A stretch of DNA of 19,752 nucleotides from Octopus sinensis (lineage: Eukaryota), in NCBI RefSeq assembly GCF_006345805.1, contig NW_021824035.1, positions 1 through 19,752 on the forward strand, given 5' to 3'. Shown piece by piece: positions 1 to 9,530 of the stretch. The notes beneath the pieces are model-generated. The model did no database searches, was not told the origin of the DNA, and was given only the letters and a program-made list of their open reading frames with translations. The translations under genes were made by a program, and so were the position numbers. Every line of letters begins with the position of its first letter. The first letter of the stretch is position 1.

Positions 1-6
1 GAATTC

Positions 7-187
7 GGCGAATTGGAAGAAACTTTGGTGCGACGAACAAAAATGCTCCGCAGGAATTCTTGGAGCCCAAGATCGACTTTGCTTTTCATCCCTTAGAATT
101 CGTTTGAAACAAGTACCAGTTGAGTACTGGGGTCGAATGAAATCGACTTATCCCCTTTCAATAGAAATGCTAGCCTTGTGCTAAAAC
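7..187 (+). mobile_element. Degenerate family-A tRNA-headed SINE (monomer, internally deleted)
   Basis: GGCGAATTGGAAGAAACTTT head, then GATCGACTTTGCTTTTCATCCC...AAGTACCAGTTGAGTACTGGGGTCGAATGAAATCGACTTATCCCC, matching the better-preserved copies at 5967 and 10006. Confidence 0.75.
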
Positions 188-221
188 CTCTTTGTACTAT
201 TGTACCGAAAATTGAAGCATA

Positions 222-235
222 TATACACGCACGCA

Positions 236-269
<34 letters not shown>

Positions 270-338
270 CACACACATACACACACGCACGCACGCACAT
301 GTACAGACACGCCCACGCGCGCGTACACACACACATAT
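222..338. repeat. (CA)n / CACG compound microsatellite
   Basis: Direct inspection. Confidence 0.95.
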
Positions 339-404
339 TGGTATTCCTGAACTTGCGATCATTCAAATTAAGATGTCGCGATTTTACGAGACATTTCCGA
401 TAGC

Positions 405-545
405 GATGACGTACAAACGATAACATTGACACGTGGGGGTCACATGTGGTCACGTGGGGTGTCAGTATTCGCTTTGCATCCTTTCTTATCTCATTTTTAT
501 CGCTTCGTGACTTTCGCTTGCAGTCAACTTTTTCTTTGGTGAGTT
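405..545 (+). promoter_or_regulatory. Candidate promoter and non-coding first exon ending at a strong 5' splice site
   Basis: TGACGT 407-412; E-boxes CACGTG 430-435, CACATG 441-446 and CACGTG 451-456; TCT-like TCCTTTCT 479-486; donor TTG|GTGAGT with GT at 539-540; locally CpG-rich. Confidence 0.4.
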
Positions 546-639
546 TGCATGCGAAGGCGTCTCCGGATATTTGCGTGTTTTATGTATTAACCCGAAATAT
601 TGGCTTCAAATTTTGGCACAATGCCAGCAGTTTTTGTGA

Positions 640-720
640 GGAAGAGGATAAGTCGATTCCATCGACCTCAGTGTTGCACTGGTACTTATTTTATCGACCC
701 CCAACGGATGAAAGCCAAAT
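640..720 (-). mobile_element. Family-A SINE fragment
   Basis: AAGTCGATTCCATCGACCTCAGTGTTGCACTGGTACTTATTTTATCGACCCCC is the reverse complement of the family-A body. Confidence 0.75.
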
Positions 721-892
721 AATAGCAACGATACGTATTTGAAAGTCTATGAGACTTACTTAATAAAATTTTGAAGTGTAAAGTTGATTTTAAAAAAGAA
801 TTATTTAAAAAAAATATAAAATCTTTTTTGGGGAAGAGATTTTTTTCTAGATGTGAGCGGTTTCTTTTAACCTTTTCAAAACGAGTGCTCCT

Positions 893-965
893 TATATATA
901 TATATATAATATATTATATATAGTATTATATATATATATATATATATTATCGATATATATATTAT
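893..965. repeat. (TA)n microsatellite, imperfect
   Basis: Direct inspection. Confidence 0.9.
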
Positions 966-1006
966 GAATAAAAGGAAGTCGACCTCAAAATCCAATCCAA
1001 AAATAT

Positions 1007-1503
1007 AATCCAAAAAAGAATATTCGACAAAAAATGCTAATGGTGTCTGTTTGGTGGTCCAGCGCTGGTGTCAACTACTTCAGCTTCATGAGACCTGGTA
1101 AGTCAATTACAGCGGATGTATACATCAGCGAACTGGATGAAATGTTGAGTGAAATTACAATTAAACAACCGAGATTGGTCAATAGAGACAGGCTAATTCT
1201 CTTGCAAGACAATGCTCGACCACATGTTATACAAAGAACACTACTCAAATTACAGTAACAGAACTTGGAAGTACTCTGTTATCCACCATATTGATCAGAT
1301 CTTGCACCAACTGACTATCATGTTTTCCAGGCATTAGACAACTTGTTGCAAGGAAAAAAAACTTGAAATCTAAAGAAGATACAAAAACAGCTTTTTGTGA
1401 TTTCATCACCTCTTGCTCTCCAGAATTCTTCGCTGCCAACATAAATAATCTACCGATAAAATGGCAAAATTGTGTTCATAATTTAGGTGCATACTTTGAT
1501 TAA
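1007..1503 (+). pseudogene. Dead mariner (DD34D, Hsmar1/cecropia-like) transposase, C-terminal half
   Basis: Reads NPKKNIRQKMLMVSVWW...LLQDNARPHV...LQ*QNLEVLCYPPY*SDLAPTDYHVFQALDNLLQGK, then a frameshift in the A-run near 1355, then ...KWQNCVHNLGAYFD*. Stops at 1256-1258 and 1292-1294; natural stop at 1501-1503. Confidence 0.92.
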
Positions 1504-2118
<615 letters not shown>

Positions 2119-2672
2119 TATACGTATATGTGTGTGTGTGTGTGTGTGTGCGTGTGTGTGACTACGTGTATCTGTGTGCGCCTGTGTGTTTGTGTCTGTG
2201 TGCGCCTGTGTGTGTGTGTGTGTGTGTGTGTGTGAGAGACTAAGTGTATCTGTGTGCGCCTGTGTGTTTGTGTCTGTGTGCGCCTGTGTGTGTGTGTGTG
2301 TGTGTGTGACTAAGTGTATCTGTGTGCGCCTGTGTGTTTGTGTCTGTGTGCGCCTGTGTGTGTGTGTGTGTGTGTGTGTGAGACTAAGTGTATCTGTGTG
2401 CGCCTGTGTGTTTGTGTCTGTGTGCGCCTGTGTGTGTGTGTGTGTGTGTGTGTGTGACTAAGTGTATCTGTGTGCGCCTGTGTGTTTGTGTCTGTGTGCG
2501 CCTGTGTGTGTGTGTGTGTGTGTGAGACTAAGTGTATCTGTGTGCGCCTGTGTGTTTGTGTCTGTGTGCGCCTGTGTGTTTGTGTCTGTGTGCGCCTGTG
2601 TGTGTGTGTGTGACTACGTGTATCTGTGTGTTTGTGTCTGTGTGTTTGTGTCTGTGTGTTTGTGTGTGCGCG
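2119..2672. repeat. GT-rich compound minisatellite, 7 units of 70-86 bp
   Basis: GACTA(A/C)GTGTATCTGTGTGCGCCTGTGTG... units start at 2160, 2238, 2308, 2382, 2456, 2526 and 2612. Confidence 0.92.
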
Positions 2673-3195
2673 AGCGAGTATTTTAGCAAAAACATTTTAT
2701 GCAAAGGCGAAAGTCAGAAACATACGGTAGATACAGCACACATATGTTTATGATACCGCTTAGAATAATCGCGAAGCGTGTCTAAGGCTTAGCAAAAAGA
2801 GTTCTACGTGGTTAGATTCATTCTGTGCTGTGTAGCTGTGAAGCTGGAGAATTGTCTATCGCTGAAGTGCGATTTAATGTTAAGAACGCAATTACAATTG
2901 CCATCAAATGGAAAGCTATCACGATCACTACAATTGCAATTAGATGCAGTGTTTGAATTCTGGCCGTTATTTTTGTTTCTGTTGCTGTTGTTGTTATCCT
3001 TATTGTAATCGTGGTTGTTATTATAGTTATTGTTGATGAAATCTTATTGTTCTTCATGTCGTTGTCGTGGTTACTACCGTTGTCGTTCGGAAGTATATGC
3101 TACGGAATTTTACCATGCAATGTAGCTAACATTTACGAAGTTCTGTTTCACATTTCGGTTTGCTAAAAAGGTCAGATATTCGCTGAAAGAACAAA

Positions 3196-3295
3196 TGGGT
3201 TGTCCGGAAAGTTCGTGCCGATTTATAGTAGCTTACCTTTCGACTTATTTTAGAACATGGTTGAGTCCATAAAATAGGATTTGACTACACCTCCA
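3196..3295 (+). mobile_element. Mariner-like 5' terminal fragment (TIR plus start of 5' UTR)
   Basis: TGGGTTGTCCGGAAAGTTCGTGCCGATTT resembles mellifera-type mariner TIRs; no transposase follows. Confidence 0.5.
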
Positions 3296-3313
3296 AGGTG
3301 TAGTCAAGGCTTT

Positions 3314-3618
3314 TTGTTTGTTCCTTCTCAAGCCACACCTGGCTCATAAGGGCCGGTTTCCCGGTTTCCTTGGCGTATAGGGTCCCCACCTGGACGGGAC
3401 GCCGGTCCGTCGCAGGTGAGCTGCATGATGCAGGAGGAAAGACTGAGAGAATGTTGTGGCGAAAGAGTCAGCAGAAGTTTCGCTATTACCTTCTGCTGGA
3501 GCCGCGTGGAGCTTAGGTGTTTCGCTCATAAACACACACATCGTCCGGTCTGAGATTCGAACCCGCGATCCCTCGACCGCGTGTCCGCTGCTCTAACCAC
3601 TAGGCCATGTGCCTCCAT
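3314..3618 (-). mobile_element. Family-C tRNA-headed SINE, intact, with 13-bp target-site duplication
   Basis: Box A TGGCCTAGTGG (3607-3597), box B GGTTCGAATC (3563-3554), short AACA tail; TSD TAGTCAAGGCTTT at 3301-3313 and 3619-3631. Confidence 0.92.
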
Positions 3619-3621
3619 TAG

Positions 3622-3749
3622 TCAAGGCTTTGATCAGTCCTGAGGGTATAGTAGAAGACACTTGCTCAAGGTGCCACACGGTGGGATTGAACCGGGAACC
3701 ATGTGGTTGGGAAGCGAGCTTCTTTGTACACAGTTACGTCTGCGCCTAT
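3622..3749 (-). mobile_element. Family-B SINE 5' half (3'-truncated)
   Basis: Reverse complement of the 1716-1835 head, e.g. GTAGAAGACACTTGCTCAAGGTGCC...AACCATGTGGTTG...TGCGCCTA. Confidence 0.85.
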
Positions 3750-4182
3750 GATATCGCTAAACTAGTCACGAAGCGCGTCTAAAGGTTAGCAAAAAAGAGA
3801 TTTACTTTGATAGAGCCGTGCTTTAAAGCTTGTCTTTACGATGAGAAATCAGATACGCCCGACTTCTGTTGTAAAAGGGTTAATTTATTATAAATAAGCC
3901 ATGCTTTCGTCGGTTTTACACTAAGGGTTAAAAGTTATTTGTAATAAGCTTGAGAGTTTTGTCTTAAAAACTGGCAACGGTGAGGATAGATTCTATTTGC
4001 ATACGTAATCCTCTTTCATAGAAGAATTCCATTAAATACTTTCCAAATCAATCAATTTTGTGTCTGCTTGTGACTTTTGGTATTAATAACTCAACGTTTG
4101 TGTACATTCCACCTTTGATAGAAGAGTATAAATATTTTGTTATAGGTTTACAGTGTAAAATGCTGTGAGTGCTTGCAATGGA

Positions 4183-4598
4183 ATACCTATTTCTTTATTA
4201 CCCACAAGGGGCTAAACATAGAGGTGGACAAACAAGGACAGACATAGATATTAAGTCGATTACATCGACCCCAGTGTGCGACTGGTACTTAATTTATCGA
4301 CCACGAAAGGATGAAAGGCAAAGTCGACCTCGGCGGAATTCGAACTCACAACGTAACGGCAGGCGAAATACCTATTTCTTTATTACCCACAAGGGGCTAA
4401 ACGCAGAGAGGACAAACAAGGACAGACAAACGGATTAAGTCGACTATATTGACCCCAATGCGTAACTGGTCCTTAATTTATCGACCCCGAAAGGATGAAA
4501 GGCAAAGTCAACCTCGGCGGAATTTGAACTCAGAACATAGCGGCGGGCGAAATACCACAAAGCATTTTGCCCGGCATGCTAACGTTTCTGCCAGCTCG
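4183..4598 (-). mobile_element. Family-A SINE: head plus two tandem 185-bp units
   Basis: CCTATTTCTTTATTACCCAC recurs at 4186 and 4371; head AACGTTTCTGCCAGCTCG ends at 4598. Confidence 0.9.
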
Positions 4599-5061
4599 TT
4601 TCTGCCAGATAAACAATTAGAGAAGCAAACATTTGGATGTCAAATAAATTCGTCCATTTTTGTTTCTTTTTTTTTTTCTTCTTTTTTTATTCATTTATTT
4701 TCAGTTAATCATTTCTAATATTCTTTAAATTAACACGAAAATACATTTTCGTCGTAGTGTTTCATGGAATTCTTGTGGTTCTGTTCTCCCTCCTCTACAA
4801 CTTTATGCTTCATCATTTTTGAAATTTCAATAAATTTCCCCGCTTTTCAAACATATGAAGATGGATTGCCAAGGTTGTCCGATAAATTCGTTCCTTTCTT
4901 CTCAGCGTTTCTTCAAGAACCCATCATAGAGTTCTATGGCTTTTTGCAGCTCTGTTCTTCCTCTAAAACTTTTGTTTATTGCTTTCGAAATTTTAATAAC
5001 TTTTACCTCTTTTCAAATATACGACGATGGGATGCCAAACAGAAAATAGAACGAACGAATA

Positions 5062-5180
5062 TATAGGATGATTCAAAAGACTCCATACTTAGGAAAAAAT
5101 TATTTTTTTATAAGAAACAGTTTATAAGATCCCCTAGATCTCCTGATCTGACCCCTCTTGATTTCTGTCTTTAGGGGCCT
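5062..5180 (+). mobile_element. Internally deleted Tc1/mariner remnant (TIR-like end plus WPPRSPDLTPLDF motif)
   Basis: TATAGGATGATTCAAAAGACTCCATAC is a TIR-like start; 5133-5177 translates to PRSPDLTPLDFCL*G, the motif around the third catalytic Asp of Tc1/mariner transposases. Confidence 0.65.
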
Positions 5181-5329
5181 TTGTTTAGTGGATGTATGAG
5201 TGTTTTCCGCAAGATAGAACACATTTTCGAAATACGAATCTACAAGTATAGATGTTCATTTTTTTTTTCTGGCCTGCAAAAACGTTTACCAACTGCTTTA
5301 TTGAACTATATTTAGCTTTCCAGAGAGAG

Positions 5330-5432
5330 TAGGGAGATAGAAAGAGAAAGAGAGAGATAGAGACATACAAACAGACAGAGACAGACAGACATTCAGACAG
5401 ACAAACTGGCAAACAGTGAGAGAGAGAGAGAT
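5330..5432. repeat. (AG)n/(AGAC)n compound microsatellite
   Basis: Direct inspection. Confidence 0.85.
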
Positions 5433-5966
5433 GATTAATCTATCATACATATAGTATCGCTTGGTTTCTTCTGGTCCACGCACAACCAAATCCCTTGGCT
5501 CCGCTCTGATTTGTAGCTAATTGAGAAAAAACTTATCTACAAGAACTCGATAGATCTTATAAATTCCTGTAAGAAGAACGTACCGAAATAACTTTATCTA
5601 TTAGAAACCGCTCTAACATGAAAGAAACTCTTTGCTTTGGTCGAATACGGCTTCTACAGAGCATCGCGTCCATGTTTGTAACGCTTCCAAGACATTTTTT
5701 GTAAAATTTCTTATTACATTCGTCTTTCGTTCACTGGCATACAAACGCTTCTTGCTTGCACCGAGTTTTACCAGAATATGTTGTATCGATCTATTTTATT
5801 TTACCATTTTTAATTTATTTTGTATTGTTTATTATCAGTTCATGCACGAACTGGTGTAGGTAAGAATGAATGTAGTTTCCTTAAGATGCATATCTGCATG
5901 ACTTGTCATGCATATGTTGTGTGCGTCCGTGTAAATACAAAGGCGAAAAAATAAATGCCAAGATAT

Positions 5967-6570
5967 AAGGCGGTGCGCTAGCAGAAACGTTAGCACGCCG
6001 GACGAAATGCTTAGCAGTATTTCGTCTGTCTTTGCGTTCTGAGTTCAAATTCCGCTGAGGTCGACTTTGCCTTTCATCCTTTCGGGGTCGATAAATTAAG
6101 TGCCAGTTACGCATTGGGGTCGATGTAATTGACTTAGTCCGTTTGTCTGTCCTTGTTTGTCCCCTCTGTGTTTAGCCCCTTGTGGGTAATAAAGAAATAG
6201 GTATTTCGTCTGCCGTTACGTTCTGAGTTCAAATTCCGCCGAGGTCGACTTCGCCTTTCATTCTTTCGGGGGTCGATAAATTAAGTACCAGTTACGCATT
6301 GGGGTCGATGTAATCGACTTAATCCATTTGTCTGTCCTTGTTTGTCTCCTCTATGCTTAGTCCCTTGTGAGTAGTAAAGAAATAGGAATTTCGTCTGCCG
6401 CTACGTTCTTAGTTCAAATTCCGCCGAGGTTGACTTTGCCTTTCATCCTTTCGGGGTCGATAAATTAAGTACCAGTTACGCATTGGGGTCGATGTAATCG
6501 ACTTAATCCCTTTGTCTGTCCTTGTTTGTCTCCTCTATGCTTAGTCCCTTGTGGGTAGTAAAGAAATAGG
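5967..6570 (+). mobile_element. Family-A SINE: head plus three tandem 184-185-bp units
   Basis: Head AAGGCGGTGCGCTAGCAGAAACGTTAGCACGCCGG; units start at 6018, 6202 and 6387, each with box B-like GAGTTCAAATTCC and ending AAAGAAATAGG. Confidence 0.92.
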
Positions 6571-6718
6571 TACAACTCATTTTTGCCAGCTGAGTGAACT
6601 GGAGCAACGTGAAAAAAAAAGTGTCTTGCTCAGGGACACAAGGCACCACCGGGAAATTGAACTCAAAACCTTACAATCGTGAGTCGAATACGCTAAGCAC
6701 TAAGCCACGCAACTTCAC
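6571..6718 (-). mobile_element. Family-D CORE-type SINE, 5' part
   Basis: Minus strand reads box A-like TGGCTTAGTGC, box B-like GAGTTCAATTTCC, then TGTGTCCCTGAGCAAGACACTT...CCAGTTCACTCAGCTGGCAAAAATGAG. This aligns by eye with the MIR/CORE domain (TGTGACCTTGGGCAAGTTACTT...CAGTTTCCTCATCTGTAAAATGG). Confidence 0.75.
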
Positions 6719-7039
6719 AGTAAACATGGCCATTCGTGTGCACAAGTATACGCGCGTGTGATAACGTATTTGTATGAACAAGACTTCAATTTCATTTTAC
6801 GTTACCTATGATCACGCGCGTGAAATATGGACATTGATGCATCGATATAGAAAGATATGCAATGACAACAGAAATCAAAGCACGCATGCATTTGGTGCAC
6901 GTTTAAGTGCAAGCATGTAGATGTGTCAATATTGAATAAGTGTACATGCGCTCGTGACACCGCGTATGTAAGTAGGAAAGACAAGGTTATGCGAATAGAC
7001 ATGTGTGGGTCTGCATACGTGCGTATGCACATGTACGGA

Positions 7040-7073
7040 CATCTATCCATCTGTCTATCTATCTATCCATCTG

Positions 7074-7120
<47 letters not shown>

Positions 7121-7220
7121 GTCTATCTATCTATCTATCTATTTATCTATCCATCTGTCTGTCTATCTATCTATCTATTATCTACCTATCTATCTACCTT
7201 TAACTATCTATCTATCCACC
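7040..7220. repeat. (ATCT)n microsatellite
   Basis: Direct inspection. Confidence 0.95.
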
Positions 7221-7280
7221 TTTATGGAGGATAGAAATAACTGAAGCAGGTAAAAGAATGAAAGAATAAAAGAATATATA

Positions 7281-7370
7281 TAAGTACCTGTTACGCATTG
7301 GGGTCGATGTAATCGAATTAATCCCTTTGTTTGTCTCCTCTGTGTTTAGCCCCCTGAAGGCAATAAAGAA
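7281..7370 (+). mobile_element. Family-A SINE 3' fragment
   Basis: TAAGTACCTGTTACGCATTGGGGTCGATGTAATCG...TTTAGCCCC...AATAAAGAAA. Confidence 0.85.
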
Positions 7371-7467
7371 ACATATATATATATACATACATATATCCTC
7401 TATTTACATAATATCGAGTTCTCTTTCATTCTTTTGTTGTCTTACCATTTTTATCAATATATATATA

Positions 7468-7564
7468 TCATCATTATCATCATCATCATCATCATCATCA
7501 TCGTTTAACGTCCGCTTTCCATGCTAGCATGGGTTGGACGGTTCAACTGGGGTCTGGGAAGCCC
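7468..7564 (-). mobile_element. 3' end of a 5'-truncated retroposon with (GAT)n tail and terminal stem-loop
   Basis: Minus strand CCGTCCAACCCATGCTAGCATGGAAAGCGGACGTTAAAC(GAT)n; perfect palindrome CCATGCTAGCATGG at 7519-7532 inside a CGTCC/GGACG stem. Confidence 0.6.
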
Positions 7565-7611
7565 GAAAGCAGGCCCATATATATATATACATATATATTA
7601 AAAGGTGACCT

Positions 7612-7707
7612 AGACAGATAGATAGAGAGAGAGAGAGGGAGAGAGAGAGATAGACAGACAAACAGACAGGCATATAGGTTAATTGATTGATAGATTGATA
7701 GATGGAG

Positions 7708-7765
<58 letters not shown>

Positions 7766-7801
7766 TGAGATAGATAGATAGATAGATAGATATAGATAGA
7801 C

Positions 7802-7852
<51 letters not shown>

Positions 7853-7853
7853 C

Positions 7854-7907
<54 letters not shown>

Positions 7908-7970
7908 TTAAACATGCAACAGGCGGACAGAGAGAGAGAGAGGTAGGGAGAGAGAGAGACACACACACAC

Positions 7971-8019
<49 letters not shown>

Positions 8020-8040
8020 TGGATGGATGGATGGATGAAT
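7612..8040. repeat. (AGAT)n, (AG)n, (AGAC)n and (GGAT)n compound microsatellite
   Basis: Direct inspection. Confidence 0.95.
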
Positions 8041-8324
8041 AAACAGATAGTCAGGCAGATAGACAGCTATGTATATTAGTGTGTATGTCTTCGTCGTGCC
8101 TGTATGCATTACGAGAGAAGACACGAAAGAGGCGAACTTTGATGGAAAGAAGGGAGTAAAGAGGAAAATTGCATTCCAGTGAGAAGTTTGCTTTGAATTG
8201 CGGTAGCAGCGACAGTTGGAACGATTGCTCAATGCCAGCTTCTTCAGCTTCCATCAATCACACAGGCAAAAGCAGGGAGGGTAGTTCACACACACTTGTC
8301 GCTCCGACACGCCACCTAGCATCA

Positions 8325-8327
<3 letters not shown>

Positions 8328-8370
<43 letters not shown>

Positions 8371-8419
8371 CTATCTCTCTCTTTCTCACTCTCTCTCTCC
8401 CTCTATCTATCTATCTATC

Positions 8420-8464
<45 letters not shown>

Positions 8465-8482
8465 ATCTCTCTCTCTCTCTCT
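8328..8482. repeat. (CT)n/(CTAT) microsatellite
   Basis: Direct inspection. Confidence 0.95.
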
Positions 8483-8499
8483 ACACACACACATGAGGG

Positions 8500-8541
8500 C
8501 GATGAAGCTCATTGTGATAGTGGAGATGATGGTGATGCTGG

Positions 8542-8578
<37 letters not shown>

Positions 8579-8789
8579 AATAATGACGACGATGATGATG
8601 GTGGTGATGATGATGATGACGATGATGATAATGGTGGTGATGGTGATGATGATGATGATTGTGATGATGACGATGATGATGATGATGATGACGATGATGA
8701 TGATGATGATGATTATGATGATGACGATGATGATGATGATGATGACGATGATGATGATGATGACGATGATGATGATGATGATGATGACG

Positions 8790-8839
<50 letters not shown>

Positions 8840-8875
8840 GATTATGATGATGACGATGATGATGATGATGATGAC

Positions 8876-8910
<35 letters not shown>

Positions 8911-8912
8911 CG

Positions 8913-8965
<53 letters not shown>

Positions 8966-9085
8966 GATTATGATGATGACGATGATGATGATGATGATGA
9001 CGATGATGATGATGATGATGGTGATGATGATGGTGACGATGATAATTATGGTGATAGTGATGGTGTTGGTGACGATGAAGACGAC
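8500..9085. repeat. Long imperfect (GAT)n trinucleotide array with higher-order structure
   Basis: GAT with GAC, GGT and TAT variants; TAT interruptions at 8714, 8843 and 8969. Confidence 0.95.
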
Positions 9086-9176
9086 GAGTACGACGCGGCG
9101 GAGGAGGAGGAGCAGGAGCAGGAGAGGGGGAGGGGGAGGAACGAGGAAGGGGAGACGATTGCGACAACTTAAACGT

Positions 9177-9227
9177 CGCTAGGCATTTCGTCCGGCGTTG
9201 TAACGTTTCTGCCAGCTCACCGCCTTA
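9177..9227 (-). mobile_element. Family-A SINE head only
   Basis: GCATTTCGTCCGGCGTTGTAACGTTTCTGCCAGCTCACCGCCTTA. Confidence 0.75.
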
Positions 9228-9407
9228 CGTTGAAAGTTTGCCTTGCCGCTCAACGATAGTCAGGAAAAAAAATTAGCAAAGCCTTCTACGAATTTTTGGT
9301 TTCGCGGTATTCCTCAGTTGAACATATTCCACAATTGCTTCTGTTGAATCAGTTACAATTGGATATTCACGAGAATTCAGTGATGGCAGCAGCAGAGGTT
9401 CGCTAAC

Positions 9408-9530
9408 ATTATTTTCGGCGTCTCTTGTGACAGATTTTGGCAAATTCTCAGTGCTTTGAGATCAATTGGCGTCACAAGAGTTGGAATAAAAATTACTTTC
9501 TGTGGTAGCCATTTTTTCTTCTGACAGAAG
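9408..9530 (-). CDS. Candidate exon C of a divergent nuclear-receptor ligand-binding domain (beta-turn to helix 7/8)
   Basis: Acceptor TTTCTTAACAAG| and donor AT|GTTAGC, both weak; 123 nt, phase 2-2. Encodes FCQKKKWLPQKVIFIPTLVTPIDLKALRICQNLSQETPKI. Splicing to exon B creates GTILF, which resembles the NTVLF of ROR/HR3-type receptors. Confidence 0.3.

Noticed and set aside
1-6. GAATTC at the first base suggesting vector or cloning junction
   Set aside because: The following bases continue as a degenerate family-A SINE head; no vector sequence recognisable
1034-1258. 74-aa ORF as a functional gene
   Set aside because: Internal piece of a mariner pseudogene with stops and a frameshift
3540-3618. 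tRNA gene
   Set aside because: Has boxes A and B but no acceptor stem, and continues into a SINE body with a TSD
4183-6570. Regular 185-bp repeats as a CRISPR-like or satellite array
   Set aside because: Units are SINE bodies with no unique spacers; eukaryotic context
8051-8257. Minus-strand ORF with QFKANFSLECNFPLYSLL as a possible receptor helix 11-12 exon
   Set aside because: Only a vague resemblance to FPPLYKELF, poor acceptors, and no linking exon found
8169-9182. 337-aa poly-Met ORF and the antisense 228-aa poly-His ORF
   Set aside because: Automatic consequence of (GAT)n and (CT)n; no splice or homology support
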